From positions 274,394-338,393 of the forward strand of contig JBMNJJ010000002.1 of NCBI GenBank assembly GCA_050951605.1: 64,000 nucleotides of DNA, read 5' to 3'. The notes below the pieces were generated by a model that was not told the DNA's origin, did no database searches, and saw nothing but the letters and a program-made list of their open reading frames with translations. The DNA is from Peptococcia bacterium. Lineage in GTDB: Bacteria; Bacillota; Peptococcia; DRI-13; DTU073. This document shows positions 26,841 to 37,117 of this stretch, piece after piece. Both the position numbers and the translations under genes were made by a program. Within the stretch, counting starts at the first letter, position 1. Each line of letters opens with the position of its first letter.

Positions 26841-27758
26841 ATGGAGACAAGAGATAAAAATTTATTATTAAAAATCGCTGATTTGCATGAAATTCCGCAG
26901 GGAGCTTATAACCTTAGAAAAAATGGTGAAGGAGTAGCTAGACATTCTACAGCAAATATTGAGATTAAACCGAAGGTGGATCAGCCCGGTATTGATGTAA
27001 TTGTTAAACCGGGAACACGAGGAGAAAGTGTTCATATACCGGTAATTATCACGGCTGAAGGGCTGGATGATTTAGTTTATAATACTTTTTATATTGGCGA
27101 AAATGCTGATGTATTGATCGTTGCCGGTTGTGGCATTCATAATCCCGGGTCGGCAAAGTCTGAGCATAATGGGGTGCATAAGTTTATTATTGAAAAAGGA
27201 GCCTCTGTTCGCTATGTTGAAAAACATTACGGTGAGGGTGAAGGCACAGGAGAAAGAGTCCTTAATCCTCAAACTATTTTAGAACTGGCGGAAGGTTCTT
27301 CTGCTGAATTAGAAATGGTACAGATTCGTGGTGTTGACTCTACAAAAAGAGAGACTAAAGCTGTGCTGAGCCGGGGTTCTCATCTTTTAATTATGGAAAG
27401 GATGCTTACTCATGGCCGGCAGAAGGCTGAGTCTGAAATACAAGTAGAACTCGAGGGAGAAAATTCTACGGTACAAATTATTTCGCGATCGGTTGCTCAA
27501 GAAAAGTCAAAACAAGTTTTTTATCCGCGGGTGGCGGGGTTTAATAAATGTCGAGGTCATGTGCAGTGTGATGCGATTATTATGGATCAGGCTACGGTAA
27601 GGGCTATCCCTGAAATTACAGCTCATCATGCTGATGCTCAGCTTGTTCATGAAGCAGCGATAGGGCGTATTGCCGGAGAACAGATTATTAAGTTAATGAC
27701 TTTGGGGCTTTCCGCTAAAGAAGCGGAAGAAACTATTTTGCAGGGGTTTATGAAGTAA
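26841..27758 (+). CDS. Short SufB/SufD-family (UPF0051) Fe-S assembly scaffold-like protein
   Basis: C-terminal family signature ...CRGHVQCDAIIMDQATVRAIPEI...AQLVHEAAIGRIAGEQIIKLMTLGLSAKEAEETILQGF. The probable start is ATG 26841 (METRDKN). Confidence 0.75.
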   Translation: METRDKNLLLKIADLHEIPQGAYNLRKNGEGVARHSTANIEIKPKVDQPGIDVIVKPGTRGESVHIPVIITAEGLDDLVYNTFYIGENADVLIVAGCGIHNPGSAKSEHNGVHKFIIEKGASVRYVEKHYGEGEGTGERVLNPQTILELAEGSSAELEMVQIRGVDSTKRETKAVLSRGSHLLIMERMLTHGRQKAESEIQVELEGENSTVQIISRSVAQEKSKQVFYPRVAGFNKCRGHVQCDAIIMDQATVRAIPEITAHHADAQLVHEAAIGRIAGEQIIKLMTLGLSAKEAEETILQGFMK

Positions 27759-27783
27759 GCTGGAAAGCTAAATAGTAAAATAA

Positions 27784-27821
27784 AAAGGCTGTCTCAGAAT
27801 TTAACGCTGGGACAGCCTTTT
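27784..27821 (+). terminator. Rho-independent terminator of the ZIP-suf-like operon
   Basis: 14-bp stem AAAGGCTGTCTCAG / CTGGGACAGCCTTT (one G.U), 9-nt loop, T-run. Confidence 0.7.
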
Positions 27822-27830
27822 AAAAACTAA

Positions 27831-27866
27831 GAGGCAGTTTCAAAACTAGAGTTTTGAAACTGCCTC
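27831..27866 (-). terminator. Perfect 17-bp hairpin downstream of nifJ
   Basis: GAGGCAGTTTCAAAACT-AG-AGTTTTGAAACTGCCTC. It is related in sequence to the hairpin at 53076-53109. Confidence 0.65.
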
Positions 27867-27889
27867 TGTTGAAGAAAGAGAGAATTAAA

Positions 27890-30800
27890 TTATTCTTGTG
27901 AAGCTAAACGTTTGTAAGTTTCGAGCCGTTCTTTAGCTTCCTTTTCCGCCTGTGCAAACAGCTTATCGGCTGCTTCAGGGAAAGTTTTTAAGAGGGAAGC
28001 ATAGCGTACTTCACCGAGAATAAAGTCTTGGAAATCTTTTGTCGGTTCTTTAGAATCAAGTACAAAAGGATTCTTGTTTTCTTCTTTTAGTTGTGGATTA
28101 TAGCGATAGAGTTGCCAATATCCGGATTCCACAGCTTTCTTTTCTTCTAATTGTGTATATTTCATGCCGGCTTTAATCCCATGGTTAATACAGGGAGCAT
28201 AAGCAATGATTAGGGATGGTCCTTTGTAAGCTTCAGCTTCAGCAAAGGCTTTGACTAGTTGATTTTGATTTGCGCCCATAGCTACTTGAGCCACATAAAC
28301 ATAACCATAAGTGGCAGCAATCATGCCTAGGTCTTTTTTCTTAATTCTCTTTCCGGCAGCAGCAAATTTTGCTACAGCTCCAGTAGGAGTAGATTTAGAA
28401 GATTGACCACCTGTATTGGAATAAACTTCTGTGTCAAAGACTAAGACATTAATATCTTCGCCGGAGGCGAGAACATGATCCAGTCCGCCATAGCCGATAT
28501 CATAAGCCCAACCGTCACCACCAAGAATCCAGTTAGAAGGTTTAACTAAGAAGTCTTTTTTGGCAACAATTTCTTTAACTACTGCGAGGTCCGCATATTT
28601 AGTAAGAAGAGGACGAATTATAGCAGCAGCTTCTTTAGAAGCAGAACCATCATCTTTACCTGTGAGCCACTTCTGGAAAGCATCTTTTAATTCAGCAGGA
28701 AGGTTTTGAGTTAAAGCTTCTTCCATCAGAGCAGCAATTTTATTGCGCATTTGCTTGGCGGCAATAGCCATACCGAAACCATATTCAGCATTATCTTCAA
28801 AGAGAGAGTTTGCCCAAGCAGGTCCTTGCCCCTTAGCATTTTTACAATAGGGGATACTAGGGGCAGAGCCACCCCAAATAGAAGAGCATCCTGTAGCATT
28901 AGCAATTACTAATCTGTCTCCAAAGAGTTGAGTAAGCAGTTTGGCATAAGGTGTCTCACCACAACCTGCACATGCACCGGAGAATTCAAGCAAGGGTTGA
29001 GCAAATTGACTTCCTTTAACGCTGTGCAGATTCCAAAGACCTTCTTTTGTGGGAACCTGAACGCTAAAGTTCCAGTTATTACTTTCTTTAGCAATCATGT
29101 CTTCCACAGGTTTCATGACGAGTGCTTTTTCTTTTGCCGGACAGATTTCTACACAATTACCACAACCGGTACAGTCATAGGGACTAACTTGCATCCGGAA
29201 AGATAAGCCTGCCAATTGTTTTCCAAGCGCTTTTTTCGTGACAAATCCTTCAGGAGCATTGTTCTTTTCTTCATCATTAACCAGAACAGGTCTGATGGCA
29301 GCATGAGGACAGACATATGAACACTGGTTACATTGGATACAGTTATCAGGCAACCAATCTGGTACATTTACAGCCACACCACGTTTTTCATAAGCCGTAA
29401 TACCGAGAGGGAAGGCGCCGTCTTCTTTACCTACAAAAGTACTTACAGGTAATTTGTCACCTTGTTGTGCATTCATTGGTTCTACTACTTTTTTAATAAA
29501 CTCAGGTATATCACAGTCGCAAGAAGCCGCGGCTTCGTCTATACAAGAGGCCCATTCTTTAGGTACATCTATTTTTGTAAGAGCTTTTAGCCCTTCGTCT
29601 ACAGCTTGATGGTTCATGGCTACTACTTTTTCACCTTTACGACCATAAGTTTTAACGATAGCTTCTTTTAATAAAACAACAGCTTTATCCAAGGGGATAA
29701 CATTAGCTAGTTTAAAGAAGGCAGCTTGCATAATCATATTGATACGGCTGCCGAGACCGATTTTAGCCCCAATGTCAACGGCATCAATAATATAGAAATC
29801 AATGTCGTTTTCCGCCAAGTATTTTTTCATTTCAGCCGGCAGTTTTTCCTCAAGTTCTTCCGGTTTCCAGGTACAGTTCAGGAGGAAAGTACCACCTTTC
29901 TTTAAACCTTCTAACACTTTGTATTGGTTAACATAGGCTTGTTTATGACAAGCAATAAAGTCTGCTTCATCAATAAGATAGGTTGATTTAATAGGCTTTT
30001 TACCAAAACGTAGGTGGGACATAGTGACACCACCTGATTTTTTAGAGTCATAGGCAAAATAAGCTTGAGCATACATATCCGTATTATCACCGATAATTTT
30101 AATGGCATCTTTATTAGCACCAACCGTACCATCAGAGCCAAAGCCCCAGAACTTACAGCGAGTAGTTCCTGCTGGAGCAGTAGAGACAACACCTTTAACA
30201 GGTAATGATTTATTGGTAACGTCATCAACAATGCCAATTGTAAATTGATCTTTAGGTGTATCTGCTTGCAAGTTAGCAAAGACAGCTAAAATCTGTGCCG
30301 GAGTTGTATCTTTAGAACCGAGACCATAACGACCACCCACAATGATAGGGGTATTTTTCTGGTCATAGAACAAGTTACGTACGTCTAAATAAAGAGGTTC
30401 ACCCATAGCACCTGGTTCTTTAGTTCTGTCTAAGACTGCAATTTTCTTCACGGTTTTTGGTAAAACATTAAAGAAGTATTTAGCGGAGAAAGGTCTATAA
30501 AGATGAACCTTAATTGCACCTACTTTTTCTCCTTTAGCTAAGAGATAGTCAATAGTTTCTTCAATAGTTTCACAGACAGACCCCATGGCTACAATTACCC
30601 GTTCAGCATCAGGTGCACCATAATAGTTGAAGGGATGGTATTCCCGACCGGTAAGTTTACTTATTTCTGCCATATAGTCTTCGACAATATCAGGTACTTG
30701 GTCATAAAAAGGATTGGAAGCTTCTCTGGCTTGGAAATAGACATCCGGGTTTTGAGCTGTACCTTTTAAATAAGGACGTTCAGGATTGAGCGCTCTGTTA

Positions 30801-31411
30801 CGAAAATCTTCAATAGCTTGCCAATCAACTAATTTAGCAAACTCTTCATAATCTATTACTTCGATTTTTTGAATTTCGTGAGAAGTTCTAAAGCCATCAA
30901 AGTAATTAAGGAAAGGAACTCTTGATTTAATTGCTGCTAAATGAGCAACACCAGCTAGGTCCATAACTTCTTGCACACTACCTTCGGCAAGGAGAGCAAA
31001 CCCTGTTTGACGGCAAGCCATGACATCAGAATGGTCACCGAAGATGGAGAGCGCATGTGTGGCTAATGCTCGTGCAGTTACATGAAAGACGCCAGGTAAT
31101 AACTCACCAGAAATTTTATACATGTTAGGTATCATCAGGAGTAATCCTTGTGATGCTGTATAGGTAGTGGTGAGAGCCCCTGCCGATAGTGAACCGTGAA
31201 CGGCACCAGCGGCACCTGCTTCTGACTGCATGGTAACAACCTTTACTGTTTGACCAAAGATGTTTTTTAGACCATGGGCACTCCATTCATCAACAAGTTC
31301 TGCCATTGGTGACGAAGGGGTGATGGGATAGATCGCTGCAACATCTGTAAAGGCATATGAGACATGAGCCGCAGCTGTATTTCCATCCATGGTTTTCATT
31401 TTTCTACTCAT
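27890..31411 (-). CDS. nifJ: Pyruvate:ferredoxin (flavodoxin) oxidoreductase, single-polypeptide type
   Basis: 1173 aa. N-terminus MDGNTAAAHVSYAFTDVAAIYPITPSS, two ferredoxin motifs (CIQCNQCSYVCPH, CTGCGNCVEICP), and the TPP-binding region GGDGWAYDIG. Confidence 0.95.
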   Translation of the reverse strand: MSRKMKTMDGNTAAAHVSYAFTDVAAIYPITPSSPMAELVDEWSAHGLKNIFGQTVKVVTMQSEAGAAGAVHGSLSAGALTTTYTASQGLLLMIPNMYKISGELLPGVFHVTARALATHALSIFGDHSDVMACRQTGFALLAEGSVQEVMDLAGVAHLAAIKSRVPFLNYFDGFRTSHEIQKIEVIDYEEFAKLVDWQAIEDFRNRALNPERPYLKGTAQNPDVYFQAREASNPFYDQVPDIVEDYMAEISKLTGREYHPFNYYGAPDAERVIVAMGSVCETIEETIDYLLAKGEKVGAIKVHLYRPFSAKYFFNVLPKTVKKIAVLDRTKEPGAMGEPLYLDVRNLFYDQKNTPIIVGGRYGLGSKDTTPAQILAVFANLQADTPKDQFTIGIVDDVTNKSLPVKGVVSTAPAGTTRCKFWGFGSDGTVGANKDAIKIIGDNTDMYAQAYFAYDSKKSGGVTMSHLRFGKKPIKSTYLIDEADFIACHKQAYVNQYKVLEGLKKGGTFLLNCTWKPEELEEKLPAEMKKYLAENDIDFYIIDAVDIGAKIGLGSRINMIMQAAFFKLANVIPLDKAVVLLKEAIVKTYGRKGEKVVAMNHQAVDEGLKALTKIDVPKEWASCIDEAAASCDCDIPEFIKKVVEPMNAQQGDKLPVSTFVGKEDGAFPLGITAYEKRGVAVNVPDWLPDNCIQCNQCSYVCPHAAIRPVLVNDEEKNNAPEGFVTKKALGKQLAGLSFRMQVSPYDCTGCGNCVEICPAKEKALVMKPVEDMIAKESNNWNFSVQVPTKEGLWNLHSVKGSQFAQPLLEFSGACAGCGETPYAKLLTQLFGDRLVIANATGCSSIWGGSAPSIPYCKNAKGQGPAWANSLFEDNAEYGFGMAIAAKQMRNKIAALMEEALTQNLPAELKDAFQKWLTGKDDGSASKEAAAIIRPLLTKYADLAVVKEIVAKKDFLVKPSNWILGGDGWAYDIGYGGLDHVLASGEDINVLVFDTEVYSNTGGQSSKSTPTGAVAKFAAAGKRIKKKDLGMIAATYGYVYVAQVAMGANQNQLVKAFAEAEAYKGPSLIIAYAPCINHGIKAGMKYTQLEEKKAVESGYWQLYRYNPQLKEENKNPFVLDSKEPTKDFQDFILGEVRYASLLKTFPEAADKLFAQAEKEAKERLETYKRLASQE

Positions 31412-31706
31412 TTTTTCACACTCCTAATATAAAATTTAATAATAAATATAACTTTTAAAAAGTTATAAACATAAACAAATTATAACATATTTAGGCAAAC
31501 CTAGTACCGATTCTTTAAAAACTTTAAAACATTTCAGTAGTTCTTATTTTAGTTTATAAAGATAAATAATGCAAAGGAGAAAAGATTTTCACGGTGTTTT
31601 TAAATCATATGCGCTAATCAATGTAAATATTTGTAAAGTATATTTATAAAAAATGCTTTACTAGTTTTCTTTAGTGAAAACCGTAAAGCTTTTTTAAATG
31701 TTAATT

Positions 31707-31790
31707 TGGTGCGGAAGGCGGGACTTGAACCCGCATGGATATACCACACGCCCCTCAAACGTGCGCGTCTGCCAATTCCGCCACTTCCGC
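31707..31790 (-). tRNA. tRNA-Leu (anticodon GAG), CCA encoded
   Basis: The reverse complement is GCGGAAGTGGCGGAATTGGCAGACGCGCACGTTTGAGGGGCGTGTGGTATATCCATGCGGGTTCAAGTCCCGCCTTCCGCACCA. Acceptor stem GCGGAAG/CTTCCGC. Anticodon stem CACGT/GCGTG with loop TTGAGGG. Long variable arm (type II). T-arm GCGGG-TTCAAGT-CCCGC. Confidence 0.9.
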
Positions 31791-31825
31791 AGGTTTAATG
31801 CTTAAGTAAGAATTAAGCATTAAAT

Positions 31826-31854
31826 ATATTATCACGCGTCATAGATAATGTCAA
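31826..31854 (-). promoter_or_regulatory. Sigma-A-type promoter for tRNA-Leu
   Basis: The minus strand reads TTGACA, 17-nt spacer, TAATAT, about 35 nt upstream of the mature tRNA 5' end. Confidence 0.55.
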
Positions 31855-31889
31855 GAAATACGCCGAAAAAGTATGGGAACTTCTAACCT

Positions 31890-33473
31890 CTAATCTTGCA
31901 CTTTGATATGGGGTGAGGCTTGCCTAATTTCTTCCGGTATATCTGTAAATTTCTCAAAGTTTTTTCTAAAACCTAAAGCTAATTTATGTGCTTGAGCTTG
32001 GTAGTTTTCAGGATTAGGCCATGTTTTTTGGGGAGTAAAGATTTCTTCGGGAACATGAGGACAAGAGAGTGGTACTTTGAAGCCGAAAAGCGGATCGATA
32101 CGTGAAGGGAGTTCTTCTAATGTTCCTTTTAAGGCGGCTTTAATAAGGGCTCGTGTGTATGGTATTTTGAATCGTTCCCCTACACCATAAGGGCCTCCGG
32201 TCCAGCCTGTATTAATTAGGTAAACACGAGTACCGTGTTTGCTCATTTTATCGCCGAGAAGTTTAGCATATTTTACAGGAGAAAGTGGTAGAAAAGGGGC
32301 ACCAAAGCAGGCGGAAAAAGTTGCTTGGGGTTCTTTAATCCCTCTTTCTGTTCCGGCTAGTTTACTTGTATATCCTGAGAGAAAATGATACATAGCCTGG
32401 TTTTTATTAAGGATAGCTACAGGAGGAAGAACACCAAAAGCATCTGCGGTTAAAAAGAAGATTACTTTCGGATGTCCCGTAATACTTGGTATTAGGGAAT
32501 CCGGAATATAATCCATGGGATAAGCTGCTCTGGTGTTTTCAGTTATCTCGGCACTAGCGAAATCAACTTTGCGAGTAGTTTCTTCCATAATCACATTTTC
32601 TAAAACGGCACCAAAGCGCAAAGCTTCATAGATTTGAGGTTCATGTTCCGGGTTGAGTCCAATACATTTAGCATAACAGCCACCTTCTATGTTAAAGATG
32701 CCTTCCTCAGACCAGCCATGTTGGTCATCACCTACTAAACGTCTTTCTGGGTCTGTAGAAAGAGTAGTTTTTCCGGTGCCGGAAAGTCCAAAGAATAGAG
32801 CAGCATTACCATTAGTGTCAACATTAGCCGAACAATGCATGGAAAGCATATTTTGGAGAGGAAGTAAATAATTCATAAGTGTAAAGACAGATTTTTTGAT
32901 TTCACCGGCATAAGATGTTCCGGCAATTAAAATTAATTTTTCTGTGATATTAAGGGCAACAACTACTTCAGAATTTGTGCCATGTCTTGCCGGGTCTGCT
33001 TTAAATCCAGGTGCAGCAATAATGTGATAATCCGGAGCAAAATTTTGTAGTTCTTTCTTTGTAGGACGAATGAACAGGTGGCGAGCAAAAATGTTTTGCC
33101 AAGCCTGTTCATTAATAAAGCGTAAATTTAAACGATGCTGTGGATCTGCTCCACCAAAACCGTCAAAAACAAAAAGCTCTTTACCTTTTAAATAAGTCAT
33201 TATATCAGAAAAAAGCTTTTGAAAATTTTCTGTTGAGAGGGGGTTGTTTATTTTACCCCAATTAATGAGTTCGTTAGTAGTTTCGTCTTTTACGAAAAAT
33301 TTATCATGTGGTGACCGCCCGGTATATTTACCTGTAGTGACACGTAAAGAACCTCTATTTGTGAGAACGCCTTCCTCACGTTTAATTGCCTTTTCCATTA
33401 ATTCGGGTAGGGAAAGATTAAAATTAACTTTTGATTTTTGTAAAATTTGCGTAATTTCTTTTTCCAATAACAT
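31890..33473 (-). CDS. pckA: Phosphoenolpyruvate carboxykinase (ATP)
   Basis: 527 aa. Kinase-1a motif FFGLSGTGKTTLS, plus GRSPHDKF and IGDDQHGW-type segments. RBS GGAGG. Confidence 0.93.
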   Translation of the reverse strand: MLLEKEITQILQKSKVNFNLSLPELMEKAIKREEGVLTNRGSLRVTTGKYTGRSPHDKFFVKDETTNELINWGKINNPLSTENFQKLFSDIMTYLKGKELFVFDGFGGADPQHRLNLRFINEQAWQNIFARHLFIRPTKKELQNFAPDYHIIAAPGFKADPARHGTNSEVVVALNITEKLILIAGTSYAGEIKKSVFTLMNYLLPLQNMLSMHCSANVDTNGNAALFFGLSGTGKTTLSTDPERRLVGDDQHGWSEEGIFNIEGGCYAKCIGLNPEHEPQIYEALRFGAVLENVIMEETTRKVDFASAEITENTRAAYPMDYIPDSLIPSITGHPKVIFFLTADAFGVLPPVAILNKNQAMYHFLSGYTSKLAGTERGIKEPQATFSACFGAPFLPLSPVKYAKLLGDKMSKHGTRVYLINTGWTGGPYGVGERFKIPYTRALIKAALKGTLEELPSRIDPLFGFKVPLSCPHVPEEIFTPQKTWPNPENYQAQAHKLALGFRKNFEKFTDIPEEIRQASPHIKVQD

Positions 33474-33676
33474 AAAATGCCTCCATAAAAATTTTTATAT
33501 GAAAAATATTATATCACAATTGTTTTATTTGTTAAAAGAGAAAATTCTTTTATAGAATTATTTTTAATTATAAGGGATTGTGTTTAGAGTATTCTAAAAT
33601 AGTTTCTTCTTACATAAATATGAAAAGGTACTATCGGCTGTGCTTGTAGAGAGAAAAATTTAAAGGAGCGGGAATC

Positions 33677-34792
33677 TTGATGACTACAGCTAAAATTAGA
33701 AAAATGTTCCCGGGGAATAATACAAGTGAAGGTTTTTATTCTTTTTATGATTATATGATTAATTTCCCCGCAGTTAGGGTGTTTATTCTAAAAGGAGGAC
33801 CTGGTACAGGAAAATCCACGTTGATGAAAAAAATCGGTTCGGTAATAGTTAGACAAGGATATGAAGTGGAATATCATTATTGTTCTTCTTCTCCTACTTC
33901 TTTAGACGGTTTGGTTATTCCTTTTTTACGGATAGCAATCGTTGATGGTACTGAACCTCATGTTGTTGAACCTAAATACACTGGGGCAGTGGAGGAAATT
34001 GTTAACTTAGGTGATTTTTGGGATAAAAAACCACTACTTCAAAATAAAGAAAAAATTATAGAGTTAAAAAAACAGAAAGTACGGATGTTTCAGTTAGCAT
34101 ACAACCATTTACGCGAAGGGCAGGTAGTTCAAGAAGAGTTAGTAAGTTACTATCAAGAAGCTGTTGATTTAGTTGGGATTAGACAACTATTTTATGAAGT
34201 TTCGCAGAAAGCATTTAAGGATGTAAGTCCACAGTTTGTTAGACCGGCTATAGTAAGACGGCTTTTTGCCAGTGCTAATACCCCTCAAGGTTATGTAACT
34301 CATCTTGAAAATATTTTACAAGATGCACATAATTTATACTTTTTTACAGGAACATTAGATCAGGGGAAAGAAGAATTTTTAGAAGCTATTTATCGTTTGG
34401 GTATCAGTTGGGGTATTGATTGTCAATTATATCATTGCCCGTTTAACCCGGTTAAGCTTGAGTTGGTATATTTCCCTAAGCTGGCAGTGGGTTTTCTTCG
34501 TTCAAATGACTCTCTCTTGTTTTCCCCGAGTGTTCTTACTAAATTAAAAAGTTGTCAGGAGATAAATTTCGATCAATATCTGGATATAAAAATCATGCAA
34601 ATTTATGAACAAGAAATAAAGGAAGCAAAAAAAAGGCTCTTTTTTTTAAAAAAAAGAGCTTGGGGAAAATTAAAAGCAGCGCAAAAATTTCATGACCAAT
34701 TAGAGGAATTATATTTTCCAGCCATAGATTTCACCGCGGTTAATAAGAAAAGTGAAGAACTATTAAATAGGATTTTAGCGGAGCAAACTTAA
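33677..34792 (+). CDS. P-loop NTPase of unknown function (PRK06851-like family, as recalled)
   Basis: Walker A GGPGTGKST near residue 40. 371 aa. TTG start. Its stop codon overlaps the stop of the convergent SDR gene (TTAA). Confidence 0.6.
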   Translation: MMTTAKIRKMFPGNNTSEGFYSFYDYMINFPAVRVFILKGGPGTGKSTLMKKIGSVIVRQGYEVEYHYCSSSPTSLDGLVIPFLRIAIVDGTEPHVVEPKYTGAVEEIVNLGDFWDKKPLLQNKEKIIELKKQKVRMFQLAYNHLREGQVVQEELVSYYQEAVDLVGIRQLFYEVSQKAFKDVSPQFVRPAIVRRLFASANTPQGYVTHLENILQDAHNLYFFTGTLDQGKEEFLEAIYRLGISWGIDCQLYHCPFNPVKLELVYFPKLAVGFLRSNDSLLFSPSVLTKLKSCQEINFDQYLDIKIMQIYEQEIKEAKKRLFFLKKRAWGKLKAAQKFHDQLEELYFPAIDFTAVNKKSEELLNRILAEQT

Positions 34793-35559
34793 ATGCCGAA
34801 AGCGGAAAAACCACCATCTATCATGAGGGTATGTCCTGTAATAAAATTAGCTAGGTCTGAAGCAAGGAAAAGTACACCTGCGGCTACTTCTTCCGGTTCA
34901 CCACAGCGACCGGCCGGCGTTCTGTATTGGAGATTTTGAACAAACTCTTTATTTTTCAGGGTTTCTTTGACTAGCTCTGTTTTAATATAGGCCGGACCGA
35001 CAGCATTTACTTGAATATTATATTTAGCCCATTCACAGCCAAGAACTTTAGTCATAAGAACTACACCGCCTTTGCTGGAACAATAGGCAGCTGATCTAAC
35101 GATCGCATTTTGTCCACCGATGGAAGCTAAATTTATAATTTTACCTGCACTTTGGGGAATCATAAATTCTCGTGCGGCAGCAGATGATAAGAAGAAATAT
35201 GACTTTAGGTTTGTATTCAGCGTAATGTCCCAGTCTTCTTCCTTGTAAGTCTCACTAGCACGTTTAATATTAGCGCCATGATTATTAACAAGTATATCTA
35301 GTCGTGGTGTTTTTTCTTTTATTTGGGCCATCAGTTTATTAATTTCTTCAACTTTAGATAAGTCAGCATAAAGGGGTGTTGCATTTCCACCTGTTTTTAT
35401 AATTTCTGCAGCGGTATTTTCTAATTGTTTTATATTACGACTAACTAAAAAAACATGAGCTCCTAAGGAACCAAAACCTAGTGCAATACTTTTGCCAATA
35501 CCTCTTCCGGCACCTGTTACACAGACAATTTTGTTGGAAAAATTCAGTTGATAGTTCAT
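34789..35559 (-). CDS. Short-chain dehydrogenase/reductase (FabG/gluconate-5-dehydrogenase-like)
   Basis: TGAGRGIG cofactor motif, NNHG, and the catalytic YCSSK (YxxxK). Confidence 0.85.
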   Translation of the reverse strand: MNYQLNFSNKIVCVTGAGRGIGKSIALGFGSLGAHVFLVSRNIKQLENTAAEIIKTGGNATPLYADLSKVEEINKLMAQIKEKTPRLDILVNNHGANIKRASETYKEEDWDITLNTNLKSYFFLSSAAAREFMIPQSAGKIINLASIGGQNAIVRSAAYCSSKGGVVLMTKVLGCEWAKYNIQVNAVGPAYIKTELVKETLKNKEFVQNLQYRTPAGRCGEPEEVAAGVLFLASDLANFITGHTLMIDGGFSAFGI

Positions 35560-35681
35560 TGTTTTGTTTGCCCCTTTCTTTTATCTTTTTGTTATATTTT
35601 ATTATATTTCTGAAAACATTCGTCGTAAAGAGGGAAGAATCCTTCTCCAACAGCCGGTATAATTTGTTTTATTTAAGATAA

Positions 35682-35725
35682 AAGCTGAGAATACTTGCTA
35701 ATTTATTTACGAGCATTCTCAGCTT
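35682..35725 (-). terminator. Hairpin terminator downstream of glnA
   Basis: 11-bp perfect arms AAGCTGAGAAT / ATTCTCAGCTT, followed by a T-rich tract on the minus strand. Confidence 0.5.
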
Positions 35726-35746
35726 AGAAAAATTTATTTCGCATTT

Positions 35747-37081
35747 TTAATACACGGTAAGGTATTTATCTATTTCCCATTGATGAACTTTGGTCATATA
35801 TTCTCGCCATTCTTGTTGTTTTGCATCTAGATAGCGATTTAATATATGAGAACCAAGTGCTTTTTTAACAACTTCATCAGTTAATAAAGCTTTAAGAGCT
35901 TCGTCAAGTGTACTAGGCAATGTTTTAATGCCTTGTTCTTTTCTATCTGTTGCGGTCATTGTATAAATATTGCGATTACAGGGCTTGGGTGGTTGAATTT
36001 TATTTTTAATTCCGTCTAATCCGGCCATTAAAACAACCGCTAAGGCGAGATATGGATTACAAGTAGGATCCGGGCTTCTTAATTCAATTCTGGTAGAAGA
36101 ACCTCGTTTAGCAGGTATACGAACTAAGGGACTACGATTTTGGGTAGACCAAGCAATATATACCGGAGCTTCGTAACCGGGGACGAGGCGTTTATAAGAA
36201 TTTACGGTAGGATTGGTTATAGCAGTGATTGCACTGGCATGTTTAAGGATACCTCCAATATAAAATAAAGCATTATCACTTAATTGATTTGGTTTTTCTT
36301 GATCCCAAAAAATATTGTTTTCACCTTGAAAAAGAGATTGATTCATATGCATACCATTACCAGCTTTTTCGAAAATAGGCTTAGCCATGAATGTGGCATG
36401 CAAGCCATGACGTTGGGCCACTGTGCGGACGACCATTTTGAAAGTGATGACTTTATCGGCAATATCCAAAGCATCAGCATATTTGAAATCTATTTCGTGT
36501 TGTCCGGGAGCAACTTCATGATGTGAAGCCTCAATTTCAAAACCAAATTTCTCCAAAGTCAAAATCATTTCTCGGCGTGCGTTTTCACCTAAATCCACCG
36601 GAGAAAGGTCAAAATATCCGGCCTTATCGTGAGTAAGTGTCGTAGCTGAGCCATCCGGTGCTGTGTGAAAAAGAAAAAACTCAGCTTCAGGTCCCACTTT
36701 AAATGTATAACCCATTTCCTGTGCTGCTTGGAGAGCACGTCGTAGTACATAGCGAGGGTCACCCGCAAAAGGCGTCCCATCAGTGTTATAGATATCACAA
36801 ATAAGTCTAGCCACAGCACCTTCTTCAGCAGTACGCCAGGGATAAATAATAAAAGTATTAGGATCGGGATGAAGATACATATCTGATTCTTCAATTCTGA
36901 CAAATCCTTCAATAGAGGAGCCGTCAAACATTAGTTCATTATTTAAGGCTTTTTCCAGTTGTTTGACGGTAATAGATACATTTTTAGGTATACCTAAGAT
37001 GTCTGTAAATTGTAGCCGAATAAATCTAACGTTATGTTTAGCAACAAGGCGTAAAATTTCTTCTCGAGAAATAGTGGACAA
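35747..37081 (-). CDS. glnA: Glutamine synthetase, type I
   Basis: [11 protein letters not shown], the EAEFFLF-type segment, and NGMHMNQS. About 444 aa. I prefer the TTG at 37081 ([10 protein letters not shown], 9 nt after AAAGGGG) over the TTG at 37090. Confidence 0.93.
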   Translation of the reverse strand: MSTISREEILRLVAKHNVRFIRLQFTDILGIPKNVSITVKQLEKALNNELMFDGSSIEGFVRIEESDMYLHPDPNTFIIYPWRTAEEGAVARLICDIYNTDGTPFAGDPRYVLRRALQAAQEMGYTFKVGPEAEFFLFHTAPDGSATTLTHDKAGYFDLSPVDLGENARREMILTLEKFGFEIEASHHEVAPGQHEIDFKYADALDIADKVITFKMVVRTVAQRHGLHATFMAKPIFEKAGNGMHMNQSLFQGENNIFWDQEKPNQLSDNALFYIGGILKHASAITAITNPTVNSYKRLVPGYEAPVYIAWSTQNRSPLVRIPAKRGSSTRIELRSPDPTCNPYLALAVVLMAGLDGIKNKIQPPKPCNRNIYTMTATDRKEQGIKTLPSTLDEALKALLTDEVVKKALGSHILNRYLDAKQQEWREYMTKVHQWEIDKYLTVY

Positions 37082-37117
37082 AAAAAACAACCCCTTTACA
37101 GTTTAACTATTTTCATT

